Below are positions 54,310-64,000 of a stretch of DNA of 64,000 nt, piece by piece (position 1 is the first letter of the stretch; the number at the start of each line of letters is the position of its first letter). Source of the stretch: an uncultured Dehalococcoidia bacterium (GTDB lineage: Bacteria; Chloroflexota; Dehalococcoidia; Lucifugimonadales; UBA3495). Location of the stretch: NCBI GenBank assembly GCA_958295765.1, contig CATQHB010000002.1:398424-462423 (forward strand). Direction: 5' to 3'. The position numbers were made by a program, and so were the translations under genes. The notes below the pieces were generated by a model. That model searched no databases. It saw only the letters and a list, made by a program, of their open reading frames with translations, and was not told the origin of the DNA.

Positions 54310-55311
54310 TTGGCACTTGAAGAACTGGAATCGGTCTTAGGATTGCGTTTCAAGGACCGGGGCCTGCTGCAACAGGCCCTGGTTCATCGCTCTTTTCTCA
54401 ACGAACAGGGCGGCTCCAGTCTGGACTCCTACGAGCGTATGGAGTTTCTGGGGGATGCCGTGCTGGAGTTGGTGATTTCCACCGAGCTTTACCAGGCTCT
54501 GCCCCGGGTAACCGAGGGGGAGTTGACCAAGGGCCGGTCGGCTCTGGTCTGCCGCCCCAGCCTGGCCCGGGTGGCCCGCCGCCTGTCCCTGGGCGAGTAC
54601 CTGTCCCTGGGCAAGGGAGAAAAGGGTTCCGGCGGCCAGGAGCGGGAGTCCATCCTGGAAGAGGTCTTTGAGTCGGTGGTGGCGGCGATTTACCTGGATC
54701 AGGGGTATGAGGCGGCCCGCCGGTTTATCCTCAGCGCGCTGGCGCCGGAGTTAGCCGACTACTGCCGCCGGGGGGCCGCGCCGGAAAACCCCAAGTCCCA
54801 GTTGCAGGAAATGGTACAGGGCTGGGGAGGCGCCACGCCCCGCTACCAGGTGGTAGCTATTGCCGGCCCCGACCACCAGCCGGTATTTACCGTGGCGGTT
54901 ACGGCCGGGGATGCCGTCCTGGGACAGGGCGCCGGAACCAAAAAGGCGGACGCCGAGCGCGCCGCGGCCCGGGCAGCCCTGGCGCATTATGCGACGGCCC
55001 CGCCGCCGGCTCAGGAGTCCGGGGAATGGCCCCAACAATCCGTTCAAGAATCCGTTCAAGAATCCGGCGGCCCCGGCCCGGCGGACGTTGAACTGGTGGA
55101 AACCGGCAACCGCAGCCGCAGCCGAAAATCTAAGGACACGCACCGCGTCGAATTATGCTCTCATTCTTCCAACGCAACCGCGAAGCCAATCAGGAACGCA
55201 CCACGGAAGGCGTCAAGCGCAGCCGGGAACGCTGGTTCGGGCGGATCCTCGGTGTTCTCCGCTCCTCTAGCCTGGATGAAGGGGTTTGGGAGGAACTGGA
55301 GGAAATCCTGA
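54310..55311 (+). CDS. rnc: Ribonuclease III with a ~90-aa C-terminal extension overlapping ftsY
   Basis: Signature ERMEFLGDAVLE and dsRBD PKSQLQE...GTKKADAERAAARAAL. The ORF runs 157 nt into ftsY. TTG start. Confidence 0.8.
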   Translation: MALEELESVLGLRFKDRGLLQQALVHRSFLNEQGGSSLDSYERMEFLGDAVLELVISTELYQALPRVTEGELTKGRSALVCRPSLARVARRLSLGEYLSLGKGEKGSGGQERESILEEVFESVVAAIYLDQGYEAARRFILSALAPELADYCRRGAAPENPKSQLQEMVQGWGGATPRYQVVAIAGPDHQPVFTVAVTAGDAVLGQGAGTKKADAERAAARAALAHYATAPPPAQESGEWPQQSVQESVQESGGPGPADVELVETGNRSRSRKSKDTHRVELCSHSSNATAKPIRNAPRKASSAAGNAGSGGSSVFSAPLAWMKGFGRNWRKS

Positions 55312-56111
55312 TTTCCGCCGACGTGGGCGTGGAAACCTCCCTGAGCATCATCGAAGACCTGAAGGCCCAAGTCCGGTCGGAGCATATCGACGATGGAGAG
55401 TTGGCCTTTGCCCGCCTGAAGGAATCCCTGGTTCGCAACCTGGAGGCCGGCGTCTCCCCGGCGACCTGGGCCGATTCCCCTGCCGATTCAGCCCCCTACG
55501 TCATCCTGATGGTAGGGGTCAACGGCGTGGGCAAGACCACCAGCATCGCCAAGCTGGCCCACCACTTCAACCGGGAAGGCAAAAAGGTCATCCTGGGCGC
55601 GGCGGATACCTTCCGGGCCGCGGCGGAGGAGCAACTGGAAATCCTCGGCGACCGGGTGGGCGTAGAAGTAATCAGCCATCAGCCCGGTTCCGACCCGGGG
55701 GCGGTAGCCTATGACGCCTGGCAGGCCGGCAAGGCCCGGGGCGCCGACGTGCTGATTGTCGATACCGCCGGGCGGCTGCATACCCGCTCTAATCTGATGG
55801 AGGAACTGAAAAAGGTTCGGCGGGTTATCAGCCGGCTGGACCCGGCGGCCCCCCATCAGGTCATCCTTACCCTGGACGCTACCACCGGCCACAATGGGCT
55901 GGTACAGGCCCAGGCGTTTCAAGCAGCGGTGGGCTGCACCGGGATTTTCCTGGCAAAACTGGACGGCACGGCTAGAGGCGGCATCGTCCTCGCCATCAAG
56001 CAGGAGTTGCAAGTGCCCATCCTCTTTATCGGCACCGGGGAATCGTTGGATGACCTGGCCCCCTTTGACGCCGGGCAATTCGTTGATTCGCTGCTGGCCC
56101 CTACGTCCTGA
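55155..56111 (+). CDS. ftsY: Signal recognition particle receptor FtsY
   Basis: MLSFFQR N-terminus, [33 protein letters not shown]. Confidence 0.9.
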   Translation: MLSFFQRNREANQERTTEGVKRSRERWFGRILGVLRSSSLDEGVWEELEEILISADVGVETSLSIIEDLKAQVRSEHIDDGELAFARLKESLVRNLEAGVSPATWADSPADSAPYVILMVGVNGVGKTTSIAKLAHHFNREGKKVILGAADTFRAAAEEQLEILGDRVGVEVISHQPGSDPGAVAYDAWQAGKARGADVLIVDTAGRLHTRSNLMEELKKVRRVISRLDPAAPHQVILTLDATTGHNGLVQAQAFQAAVGCTGIFLAKLDGTARGGIVLAIKQELQVPILFIGTGESLDDLAPFDAGQFVDSLLAPTS

Positions 56112-56186
56112 ATCGCCCTGAATCGCCGCGGCCGGCGACTATTTTCAGCAATGACTTCGCTAAGGCCAGTAAGGCCGGTTTCCCCT

Positions 56187-56222
56187 CGGTTTAAGTCGTG
56201 TAATCGGTTTAAGTCGTGTAAG
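56187..56222. repeat. 18-bp tandem duplication CGGTTTAAGTCGTGTAA(T/G) x2 directly before the YYY gene start
   Basis: Read directly. Confidence 0.7.
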
Positions 56223-56224
56223 TC

Positions 56225-58645
56225 ATGATTGACCTGGTAGTCTGGCTGCTGCTTATTGAGTTGATGGGGCTGGTGGCCTTTCCCCTGGCCTTTGCCCTGT
56301 TCCGGTGGCTGCCCGACCGGGGCTACGCCCTGAGCAAGCCCCTGGCCCTGCTGCTGGCCGCCTATCTGCTCTGGCTGCTGGGCTTGACCCAACTAATCCC
56401 CAACTCCCCGCTGACCATTATCGCCATCCTGCTGTTGGGCGCGGCGGTGTTCGGCTGGCTTTACTACCGGCGCTGGCCCGAACTGGAACACTTCGTAACT
56501 ACCCAATGGCGGGTCATCCTGGTCGCCGAGGCCGTATTTTTAGTCCTGTTCCTGGGCTGGTGCGCGGTTTTGTCCGAGTTTCCGGGCATCAACCACACCG
56601 AAAAGCCGATGGACTTCGCCTTTCTGAACGGCATCCTGCAAAGCCGGTTCTTTCCCCCGGAAGACCCCTGGTTGGCCGGCCACTCCATCAGCTATTACTA
56701 CTTCGGCCACTTTATAATGGCCCTGCCGATGCAGTTGGCCGGCATTTCCTCCGGCGTAGGCTACAACCTGGCCTTGGCGCTGATTCCCGCCCTGGTGGGA
56801 ATGGCCGCCTTTGGCTTGACCTACAACCTGATCCGGCTGGCCGGGGGTGGTGGCAAGGCGGCGGTGGGTTTTGGCCTGGTGGCCCCGGTGCTGATAACGG
56901 TAATGGGCAACCTGGAGGGGGGGCTGGAGTTTGCCCGGCTGCGCGGCTGGGGCGGCGCCGGGTTCTGGGAATGGGTGGGCATCAAGGGACTGGAGAGCGG
57001 CGGGGCCGGCGGTTCCGGTATTTTCCCGGACAGCGTCTGGTGGTGGTGGCGGGCCACCCGGGTGATTGACACCCTGGAGGCCGGCCGGAGCCTGGACTAT
57101 ACCATCACCGAGTTTCCCTTTTTTAGCTTTATCCTGGGCGACCTGCATCCCCACGTATTGAACCTGCCTTTCCTGCTGCTGGCGCTGTCTTTAGGGCTAA
57201 ACTTGTATGCGGCGCCGGAGCGTCCCGGCCCTGGCTGGCTGCTGCGCCACCCCTGGCAGGCCGGGGCTATCGCCCTGTCCCTGGGGGCTTTGGCTTTTAT
57301 CAACTCCTGGGACTTTCCGGTGTACGCCGCAATTTTCGGGGCGCTGCTGCTGATTAAGAGCTACGCCGGCCGGTTGGGCGGGCCGGGCGGGAACGGCGAA
57401 TTGTCATCCGACCAGGGAAACGCGGTTATGGGCCGGGCTTTCCGGTACACCGGCTTGATGCTGGCGCCCCTGTTGCTGGCGGCGGTGTTGCTGTTCCTGC
57501 CCTTTTACCTCACCCTGAGCACCCAGGTCTCCGGCGTCCTGCCCCTGCTGGGGCCGGGGACGCGCCCCTTCCTGTTCTTTCTGGTAATGGGCCTGCCTAT
57601 CCTGCTGGGGCTGGGGTTGCTGCTGCACCAACTGAGGGGACTGCCCCGGCCCGGCCCGGCCGACGGCCCGGCGATTGTCCTGGTGCTGGTGGTAGTTCTG
57701 GCGCCCCTGCTGCTGTGGATTGGCCTGGCCTTGACTTGGGGCGCCCTGACTCAGGGCCTGGAGTCAATCGCCCAACGGGTAGGCTGGCGGGCGCTGGCAA
57801 CCTTGCCAATGCTAGCTGTCGCGGGGCTGGCCGGATTCTGCGCCCTGCAACGGGCGGGCCGCGACCGGGAGGCGCTGCTGGCCTTCCCCCTGCTGCTGTT
57901 GGCCGCCGCCGCCTATCTGCTGGCCGGGGCCGAACTATTCCACCTGGCCGACTTCTTTGGCAACCGGATGAATACGGTGTTCAAGGTCTATTACCAGGCT
58001 TGGCTGCTGCTGGGGATTGCCGGCGGTTTTGGGCTATACTACGCTTATTCCCGCCGGGCCGCGCTGGGGAAGTGGGGACGGCTCAGTCATTACGTTTGGG
58101 GCGGCGGGGTAGCTATCCTGCTGGTCGTTTCCTTATATTACCCGCTGGGGGCAACCCTGGACCGCACCGGACTGCTCCGGGAGCATCACACCTGGCAGGA
58201 CAATACGCTGGACGGGCTGGCTTACATCAGCAACAATAATCCGGCGGAATACGCCGCAATCCGGTGGCTGCGGGATGAGGCCGGGGCCGGCCGGATTGTT
58301 GAAGCGGTGGGCGACGATTACTCGGACTACGGCAGAATTTCCGCCGCCACCGGCCGGCCTACGCCGCTGGGCTGGAAGGGCCACGAACACCAGTGGCGGG
58401 GCACCACTGCCATCTTTGAGGGTCGGGAAGCCGCCGTAGCCCAAATCTACCAGAGCGACGACCTGGAAACGGTGCGCCAACTCCTGGCGGACTATAATAT
58501 CCGTTACGTCTATCTGGGCCACCGGGAACGGGCCAAGTACGATCTAAGCCGGCTGCCCAACCGGGGCGGCTTGCTGAAAACCGCCTTTGAGCAAGACGGC
58601 GTAGTTATCTATGAAATAGCGGCAGGCTTTGCGCCGGATGAATGA
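56225..58645 (+). CDS. Chlor_Arch_YYY (DUF2298, TIGR03662-like) polytopic membrane protein
   Basis: Hallmark [10 protein letters not shown] motif, many TM segments, and a soluble C-terminal domain. Confidence 0.8.
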   Translation: MIDLVVWLLLIELMGLVAFPLAFALFRWLPDRGYALSKPLALLLAAYLLWLLGLTQLIPNSPLTIIAILLLGAAVFGWLYYRRWPELEHFVTTQWRVILVAEAVFLVLFLGWCAVLSEFPGINHTEKPMDFAFLNGILQSRFFPPEDPWLAGHSISYYYFGHFIMALPMQLAGISSGVGYNLALALIPALVGMAAFGLTYNLIRLAGGGGKAAVGFGLVAPVLITVMGNLEGGLEFARLRGWGGAGFWEWVGIKGLESGGAGGSGIFPDSVWWWWRATRVIDTLEAGRSLDYTITEFPFFSFILGDLHPHVLNLPFLLLALSLGLNLYAAPERPGPGWLLRHPWQAGAIALSLGALAFINSWDFPVYAAIFGALLLIKSYAGRLGGPGGNGELSSDQGNAVMGRAFRYTGLMLAPLLLAAVLLFLPFYLTLSTQVSGVLPLLGPGTRPFLFFLVMGLPILLGLGLLLHQLRGLPRPGPADGPAIVLVLVVVLAPLLLWIGLALTWGALTQGLESIAQRVGWRALATLPMLAVAGLAGFCALQRAGRDREALLAFPLLLLAAAAYLLAGAELFHLADFFGNRMNTVFKVYYQAWLLLGIAGGFGLYYAYSRRAALGKWGRLSHYVWGGGVAILLVVSLYYPLGATLDRTGLLREHHTWQDNTLDGLAYISNNNPAEYAAIRWLRDEAGAGRIVEAVGDDYSDYGRISAATGRPTPLGWKGHEHQWRGTTAIFEGREAAVAQIYQSDDLETVRQLLADYNIRYVYLGHRERAKYDLSRLPNRGGLLKTAFEQDGVVIYEIAAGFAPDE

Positions 58646-61304
58646 GTCAATGACCGTACCGACTATACGGGCCATATCGCCCGGGGATGACGCGCCGGCG
58701 GTGGAGACGCCGCCGGCAACGCCGCCCTTCAGCCAGTCCTGGGTAGGCCGGGCTTGGTTATACCTAGCCCGGAGCCGGCCCGGCTGGTACGAAGCCGGGT
58801 TCCTCGGCCTGATGCTGGTCGCCCTTGCCCTGCGCCTGTGGGAACTGGGCGGGCGCGTGATGCACTATGACGAGGCCATCCACCTCTACTACTCCTGGCA
58901 GCTTTCCAACTTTCAGGAGTATATTCATTCTCCCTGGATGCACGGGCCGTTCCAGATTGAGTTGACCGCCCTGCTGCTGCAACTGCTGGGGGACAGCGAC
59001 TTTACCGCCAGGCTGGGCTACGTCCTGTTCGGGACGGCGTTGGTGGGGCTGCCCTGGTTCCTGCGGCAGCACCTGGGCCGAACCGGGGCAATGCTGACCG
59101 GACTATTGCTTGCCATCTCCCCGTCGCTGCTGTATTTCAGCCGGTTCGGGCGCAATGACATCATCATGGCCTTTCTGGCCGCCGCCCTGTTTATCCTGAT
59201 GTGGCGGTATTTCCGGGAAAACAAGGCCCGCTACCTGTACCTGGCGGCGGCGGCGCTGGCCTTGATGTTCGCCACCAAGGAAACCGCCTACATCATCACC
59301 CTGACCTTTGGAATGTTGGCCTTCCTGACCGCCCTGGTCGCCGGGGCCAGCCGGCTGGGGTCGGTGGACAACCGTTCCCCCTTTCCCGGGGCGGCCGGGT
59401 TTCTGATTCTGCTGATTACCCTGACCATGCCCCAATGGTCGGCGGGGGTGGCCCTGTTTCAGGATTGGCTGGGGCTGACCCTGGTGAACCGGGACGGGGT
59501 AACTGACGGGATTGTGGGCGCGCCCCACTGGGAGGCGCCCTTTCTGCCGCTGCCCCTGTTCGCCGCCCCCTGGTGGCTGCATGGGCTGGCCCTGCTGCTG
59601 CTGCTGAGCGGCGGCCTGCTGTACGCCGGGAAAGCCTCCGGGCAATGGCTGAGCCGGTTGGCGGTAGGCGCGGTTCCGGTGGCGTTGGCCGGGGCCGCGG
59701 CCCTGGCCCTGCTGCGTCCCCTGGGCGGCGCGGCCGACCTGGTAATCGCCGGGGCCGCCGTCCTGTCCGCCGGCGGTTTTATGTGCTGGCGCTACTCCTG
59801 GAGCCGGGGAGTATTGCTGACTCTGGGGCCGTTCCTGATTGCGTTGGCCTACTTCGCCCTGCTTTTCCCGGTGGTAAAAGTGGATACCCTGCTGCATGAG
59901 GTATTGCCCGGTGGTATCCAGGTAGCCGTGGCCGACAACGCCGTCCCGGTGAACTTTGCGGTGGCCGGCGGCGCGCTGGCGGTGGCCGGGCTGGTTTCCC
60001 TGGCCCTGGGCCTGCGCTGGAAAGGCGGGGTATGGCTGCTCTGCGCCCTCATCTTTTACTGCATCTGGACTACCCTTTACACCACCTACTTCAACAACTA
60101 CGCCGGGGTTTTCAGCGGGGCCTGGCAGGGGTTGGGCTACTGGATTTCCCAGCAGGACGTGGCCCGGGGCAATCAGCCCTGGTATTACTACTTCGTCGGC
60201 CTGTCGGTGTACGAGTTTCTGCCGGTCATCTTTGGCCTCATCGGGGCCGTAGTTTTTGTGAAACGGCGGGACGGGTTCGGGCTGGCCCTGACCTGCTGGG
60301 CCGGGGTCAACCTGCTGGCCTATACCGTCGCCAGTGAAAAGATGCCCTGGCTGCTGGTCAACATCACCCTGCCCTTTATTTTCCTGGCCGGCAAGCTGCT
60401 GGGCGAGTTGGCCGAGGGGGTTCCCTGGCGGCGCATCGGAGCGGGGGGGCGGCTATTGCTGTTGCTGCCGCTAACGGCGCCGCTGCTGGTGGCGGGCGCC
60501 CTTTACGCGGCAATCGCCTACGTGAACCCGGAGCCGCCCTTTGCCCTGGACTGGGCAATGGCCCTGGCGGTGGCGGCCCTGCTGGCCCTGGCTACCGCCT
60601 GGCTGGTGCGGCGTGCCGGCGCCGATGCTGGTATGGCCCTGGCCGGCTTGGGAGTTGCCATTCTGCTGTTGGGGCTTACGACGTGGGCCGCCTTCCGGGC
60701 CGCTTATACTTATGACGATTCCAACCGGGAAATTCTGGTTTACGCCCAGGGCAGCGCCGACTTGTTAGAAACCTATCGGGAATTTGATGCCGACCTATGG
60801 GCCGCCGGCGACCAAGCCGGGTTAGCGTCGCCGGCGCAGGTGGACTATGATCTATGGTATCCACTACAATGGTACGTCCGGCACCAGCAGGAGGCCGGGT
60901 TGCTCCGTTTCACCTGTTTCCGGGATGAGGACGGCGCCGGCGGTTGCCGGGCGTTGGATGGAGACATAGAGGCCAGCGGGCTGCTCCTGGCGGCCCACCA
61001 CCGGGCCGCCGGCGCCGGGAGCCTGCCCGACTACCGGCAGACCGGCCCCCGGCGCAATCTGCTCTGGTTCCCCGAAACCTACCGGCGGCCCGGCGAGCAC
61101 CGGCAATCCGAGGAGTTTCAAGAGGAGTTCGTCAAAGACCTGATTTTCTTTAAGGATGCGGCCAGCGACCGGGAAGCCTGGGACGCCGCCCTGAACTACC
61201 TGCTGTTCCGCCAACTGGATTCGGACTGGTTCACTTCGGAATACTATACCTACCGGCCCCGGGCTGAGACCGGGACGCTCCTCACCCCCGACCTATCTCC
61301 CTGA
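58638..61304 (+). CDS. GT-C-fold (PMT/ArnT-like, TIGR03663-like) membrane glycosyltransferase-family protein
   Basis: Polytopic protein with early loop motif RVMHYDEAIH. ATG overlaps the YYY stop (ATGAATGA). Confidence 0.65.
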   Translation: MNESMTVPTIRAISPGDDAPAVETPPATPPFSQSWVGRAWLYLARSRPGWYEAGFLGLMLVALALRLWELGGRVMHYDEAIHLYYSWQLSNFQEYIHSPWMHGPFQIELTALLLQLLGDSDFTARLGYVLFGTALVGLPWFLRQHLGRTGAMLTGLLLAISPSLLYFSRFGRNDIIMAFLAAALFILMWRYFRENKARYLYLAAAALALMFATKETAYIITLTFGMLAFLTALVAGASRLGSVDNRSPFPGAAGFLILLITLTMPQWSAGVALFQDWLGLTLVNRDGVTDGIVGAPHWEAPFLPLPLFAAPWWLHGLALLLLLSGGLLYAGKASGQWLSRLAVGAVPVALAGAAALALLRPLGGAADLVIAGAAVLSAGGFMCWRYSWSRGVLLTLGPFLIALAYFALLFPVVKVDTLLHEVLPGGIQVAVADNAVPVNFAVAGGALAVAGLVSLALGLRWKGGVWLLCALIFYCIWTTLYTTYFNNYAGVFSGAWQGLGYWISQQDVARGNQPWYYYFVGLSVYEFLPVIFGLIGAVVFVKRRDGFGLALTCWAGVNLLAYTVASEKMPWLLVNITLPFIFLAGKLLGELAEGVPWRRIGAGGRLLLLLPLTAPLLVAGALYAAIAYVNPEPPFALDWAMALAVAALLALATAWLVRRAGADAGMALAGLGVAILLLGLTTWAAFRAAYTYDDSNREILVYAQGSADLLETYREFDADLWAAGDQAGLASPAQVDYDLWYPLQWYVRHQQEAGLLRFTCFRDEDGAGGCRALDGDIEASGLLLAAHHRAAGAGSLPDYRQTGPRRNLLWFPETYRRPGEHRQSEEFQEEFVKDLIFFKDAASDREAWDAALNYLLFRQLDSDWFTSEYYTYRPRAETGTLLTPDLSP

Positions 61305-61365
61305 TTGAAAGGGCCGGGGTGAGGGCAAAAAGCATAATACAAATATACCGCGCAGGACGGATTTC

Positions 61366-62481
61366 TTGACCATCAACAACTGGCGGCTCTGGGTTGGCCT
61401 CGGGGTCAGCGCCCTATTCCTGGTATTTCTCATCTGGTCAATCGACACGGATAAGCTAATCAAGGCTTTGCGGGAGGCCAATTATCTGTACGTCATTCCC
61501 GCCGTTGTCATCTACTTCATCGTGGTATATTTCCGGGCCTCCCGTTGGCGGTATATTCTATCGCCCCTGCGTTCCTTTCCGGTACGGCGGCTCTATCCGG
61601 TGGTGGTCATCGGCTACGCGGCCAACAACGTCCTGCCGGCCCGGATTGGCGAGTTGGTGCGGGCCTACTACCTGTCCCAGCGGGAACGGTTCAGTGGCAG
61701 CACCGCCCTGGCGACCATCGGGGTTGAGCGCATTTACGACGGAATGACCCTGCTGGCCTTTGGCGTCCTGTCGGCCCTGCTGCTGCTGTTGCTGGGCGAG
61801 TTCGACAGCGCCGGCGATGCCTGCCGGAATACCGTCCGGGTAAGCTGCCAGACGGCGGCCCTGGCAATTTCCGGCGCGGCGGGAGTAGTTTTCTGCACCG
61901 GGTTTGCCGTAGTTACCCTGCTGGCGGTGAATCAACGGGCCGGACGGCTAATTTACCGGATTCTGGGCCTGCTGCCCTCCCGCCTGCGCCGCCGGGCCTG
62001 GCGGCTGGCCCGCAGCTTTATCCTGGGGTTGAGCGTCCTCAACTCCCCGAAACGCCACCTGGCCCTGGCCCTCCGTTCCCTGCCGGTATGGTTGGGCGAG
62101 GGAGCGGTCTATCTGACCGTGGCCTATTCCTTTGGCATCGACGGCTATTTTGACTCCCTGGCCGGTTTCGTGTTCGCCATTATGCTGGTAACTACCACTT
62201 CCAACCTGGCAAACGCTTTCCCGGCGGCCATTGGCGCCATCGGCCCCTTTGAGTTTATCGCCGAGCTTACCCTAATCAGCTTGGGGGTGGATAAAGAGGT
62301 GGCCCTCAGCTACGCCCTGGTGGCCCACCTGCTGGCCCTCTGGCTGCCGGTGAACCTGGTCGGCCTGGCCTTAATGTGGAAACAAAACCTGTCCCTGAAA
62401 CAACTGACCACCGACCCGTCTCCCTCCCTACGGGCCTCTACCGGGGCAGAGAGTCGGAGTGAGGGGGGCGGAGGGAATTAA
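61366..62481 (+). CDS. Flippase-like / lysyl-PG-synthase TM-region (UPF0104) family membrane protein
   Basis: About 8 TM segments, RASRWRYIL and NNVLPARIGELVR motifs. TTG start. Confidence 0.65.
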   Translation: MTINNWRLWVGLGVSALFLVFLIWSIDTDKLIKALREANYLYVIPAVVIYFIVVYFRASRWRYILSPLRSFPVRRLYPVVVIGYAANNVLPARIGELVRAYYLSQRERFSGSTALATIGVERIYDGMTLLAFGVLSALLLLLLGEFDSAGDACRNTVRVSCQTAALAISGAAGVVFCTGFAVVTLLAVNQRAGRLIYRILGLLPSRLRRRAWRLARSFILGLSVLNSPKRHLALALRSLPVWLGEGAVYLTVAYSFGIDGYFDSLAGFVFAIMLVTTTSNLANAFPAAIGAIGPFEFIAELTLISLGVDKEVALSYALVAHLLALWLPVNLVGLALMWKQNLSLKQLTTDPSPSLRASTGAESRSEGGGGN

Positions 62482-62484
62482 GCG

Positions 62485-63813
62485 ATGCGAGTAGGAATAA
62501 TCGGCGGCGGCGCGGCGGGACTGGCCGCAGCCTATGAGTTGACCAAGCAGGGCCACTACGCCGAGGTTTTCGAGGCGGCGCCCTTTCTAGGCGGCCAGGC
62601 TTCCACCTTTGAGGTGGGCGGCGGCCAGTTGGAACGGGGCTACCACCACCTCTTTGTCAGCGACACCGCCATGACCGAGTTGATTCACGAGTTGGGGCTG
62701 GGGGACCAGCTGGCCTGGCTGGAGTCCAAAGTAGGCTTTTACCACAGCGGCCGGATCTGGGACTTTGCCACGCCAATGGACTTGCTGCGGTTCAAGCCCC
62801 TGACCCTGCTGCAACGGCTGCGGTTGGGGCTGTGGACTTTTGCCCTGCAAAAGACGCGGAACTGGCAGAAGTTTGAGGGGGTTACGGCTCAGGATTGGCT
62901 TACCCGACACCTGGGCGCGGAAACCTACCGCACTATCTGGGAGCCGATGCTGCGGGGCAAGTTCGGGGAGTATTACGACCAGATAAGCATGACCTGGCTC
63001 TGGGGCAAAATCTACCTGCGGGTGGCCTCCCGGGAGAAGGGACTGCAAAAGGAACGGCTGGGTTACCCCATGGGCAGTTTCGGCGAGGTCTTTGACCGGC
63101 TGGGGGAGCGCATCGTCCAACAGGGCGGCGCGGTTCACATTTCCGCCCGGGTCAACCGGGTGGCGGTAGATGATGACGGCGCCGCCACCGGGCTGGAGGT
63201 GCAACTGGCCGGTCAGGATGCAGAAGTGCGGGAATATGACGCGGTCATCGCCACCACGCCCTCCTACGTATTCACCCGGCTGGTTTCCGACCTGCCCCCG
63301 GACTACCTGGATAAGCTGGTCAACGTGCGCTACCTGGCGGCGGTGCTGATAATTCTGACCCTGGATCGGCCCTTGTCCCCCAAATACTGGCTGAACATCG
63401 CCGACCGCAGCCTGCCCTTCGTCGGCCTGATTGAGCATACCAATATGATTGACCCCGCCTTGTACGGCGGCCGGCACATCGTTTACCTGACCAACTACAC
63501 AGCACGGGAGAGCGACCTGTACCAAAAGAACGACGCCGAACTGCTGGAGGATTTCATCCCCCACTTGCAGAAAATCAACCCGGAGTTCGACCGCTCCTGG
63601 ATCCGGGAATACTACCACCACAAGGTGGACGGGGCGCAGCCAATAATCGGGGTGAACTACAGCCAGCGGATCCCCGATCACCGCACCCCCATCCGCAACT
63701 TGTACCTGGCGAACACCACCCAAATCTACCCGGAAGACCGGGGCACCAACTACTCGGTACGCATGGGCCGGCAAGTGGCGGAAATGGTGGTGCGGGATGG
63801 GGTGGGGGGATGA
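62485..63813 (+). CDS. FAD/NAD(P)-binding amine-oxidase / protoporphyrinogen-oxidase-like oxidoreductase
   Basis: MRVGIIGGGAAGLAAAYEL...FEAAPFLGGQAST dinucleotide-binding motif. Confidence 0.75.
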   Translation: MRVGIIGGGAAGLAAAYELTKQGHYAEVFEAAPFLGGQASTFEVGGGQLERGYHHLFVSDTAMTELIHELGLGDQLAWLESKVGFYHSGRIWDFATPMDLLRFKPLTLLQRLRLGLWTFALQKTRNWQKFEGVTAQDWLTRHLGAETYRTIWEPMLRGKFGEYYDQISMTWLWGKIYLRVASREKGLQKERLGYPMGSFGEVFDRLGERIVQQGGAVHISARVNRVAVDDDGAATGLEVQLAGQDAEVREYDAVIATTPSYVFTRLVSDLPPDYLDKLVNVRYLAAVLIILTLDRPLSPKYWLNIADRSLPFVGLIEHTNMIDPALYGGRHIVYLTNYTARESDLYQKNDAELLEDFIPHLQKINPEFDRSWIREYYHHKVDGAQPIIGVNYSQRIPDHRTPIRNLYLANTTQIYPEDRGTNYSVRMGRQVAEMVVRDGVGG

Positions 63814-63863
63814 GGAATTACGTATCCTTGGGCAGACTGCAAAGTTATGAGAGTTACTCTCCC

Positions 63864-63925
63864 CGCTCATCCTGAGCTTGTCGAAGGACGCTATGCCGGT
63901 GGTTCGACAAGCTCACCATGAGCGG
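63864..63925. repeat. Family D repeat (D5)
   Basis: CCGCTCATCCTGAGCTTGTCGAAGG ... GGTTCGACAAGCTCACCATGAGCGG. Confidence 0.6.
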
Positions 63926-63957
63926 ATTAAGAAACTACGAGCGGATTAAGAAACTAC
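63920..63957. repeat. 19-bp tandem duplication GAGCGGATTAAGAAACTAC x2
   Basis: Read directly. Confidence 0.7.
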
Positions 63958-63965
63958 CGAGCGCT

Positions 63966-64000
63966 CTGGATTCCGGCTTTCACCGGGACGACGGTTGCTT
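63966..64000. repeat. Family B element, right arm (B7, degenerate, at window edge)
   Basis: CTGGATTCCGGCTTTCACCGGGACGACGGTT. Confidence 0.5.

Noticed and set aside
53211-54353. 380-aa minus ORF spanning the repeat array and the DsbA-like gene
   Set aside because: It reads through families B/C repeats (PAHPGHSR.. iterations) and is antisense to a gene with a promoter, RBS and thioredoxin-fold motifs.

Overview
High-GC bacterial chromosomal window with about 55 protein-coding genes, no rRNA, tRNA or CRISPR found by eye, and unusually dense intergenic repeats. A Chloroflexi-type origin is inferred from the Chlor_Arch_YYY / TIGR03663-like membrane gene pair and the repeat families. Housekeeping content: nrdR with NrdR boxes and class II RNR nrdJ, pdxA-family, proC, yggT, amt, trmD, speH-speE, cca, rnc, ftsY, an exonuclease-fused dinG and ogg. 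Observations worth follow-up, in order of interest: (1) A DsbA-like thioredoxin-fold gene (53655..54287) has its redox-Cys position occupied by an in-frame TGA, followed directly by a SECIS-like stem-loop, so it is a candidate selenoprotein. (2) It lies divergently next to a five-copy tandem array of arylsulfotransferase (ASST)-like beta-propeller lipoproteins (43955..53207) with length-variable Pro/Thr linkers, mosaic variable loops and a conserved 5' module. This recalls the E. coli assT-dsbL-dsbI association. (3) A translationally coupled operon joins a STAS / REC-PP2C / RsbW-like partner-switching module to an orphan periplasmic binding protein and a HAMP histidine kinase, with no sigma factor (17177..22723). 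(4) A low-GC islet holds an HsdS C-terminal remnant, an uncharacterised protein with a nucleoside 2-deoxyribosyltransferase/TIR-like C-terminal domain, and a 5'-truncated IS200/RAYT-like Y1 transposase. A 28-bp palindrome inside that transposase resembles the window's REP-like hairpins (26408..28060). (5) At least four short repeat families (A-D), including nested MITE-like elements, mark nearly every operon boundary. All functional calls come from motif recognition by eye and need HMM/BLAST confirmation.
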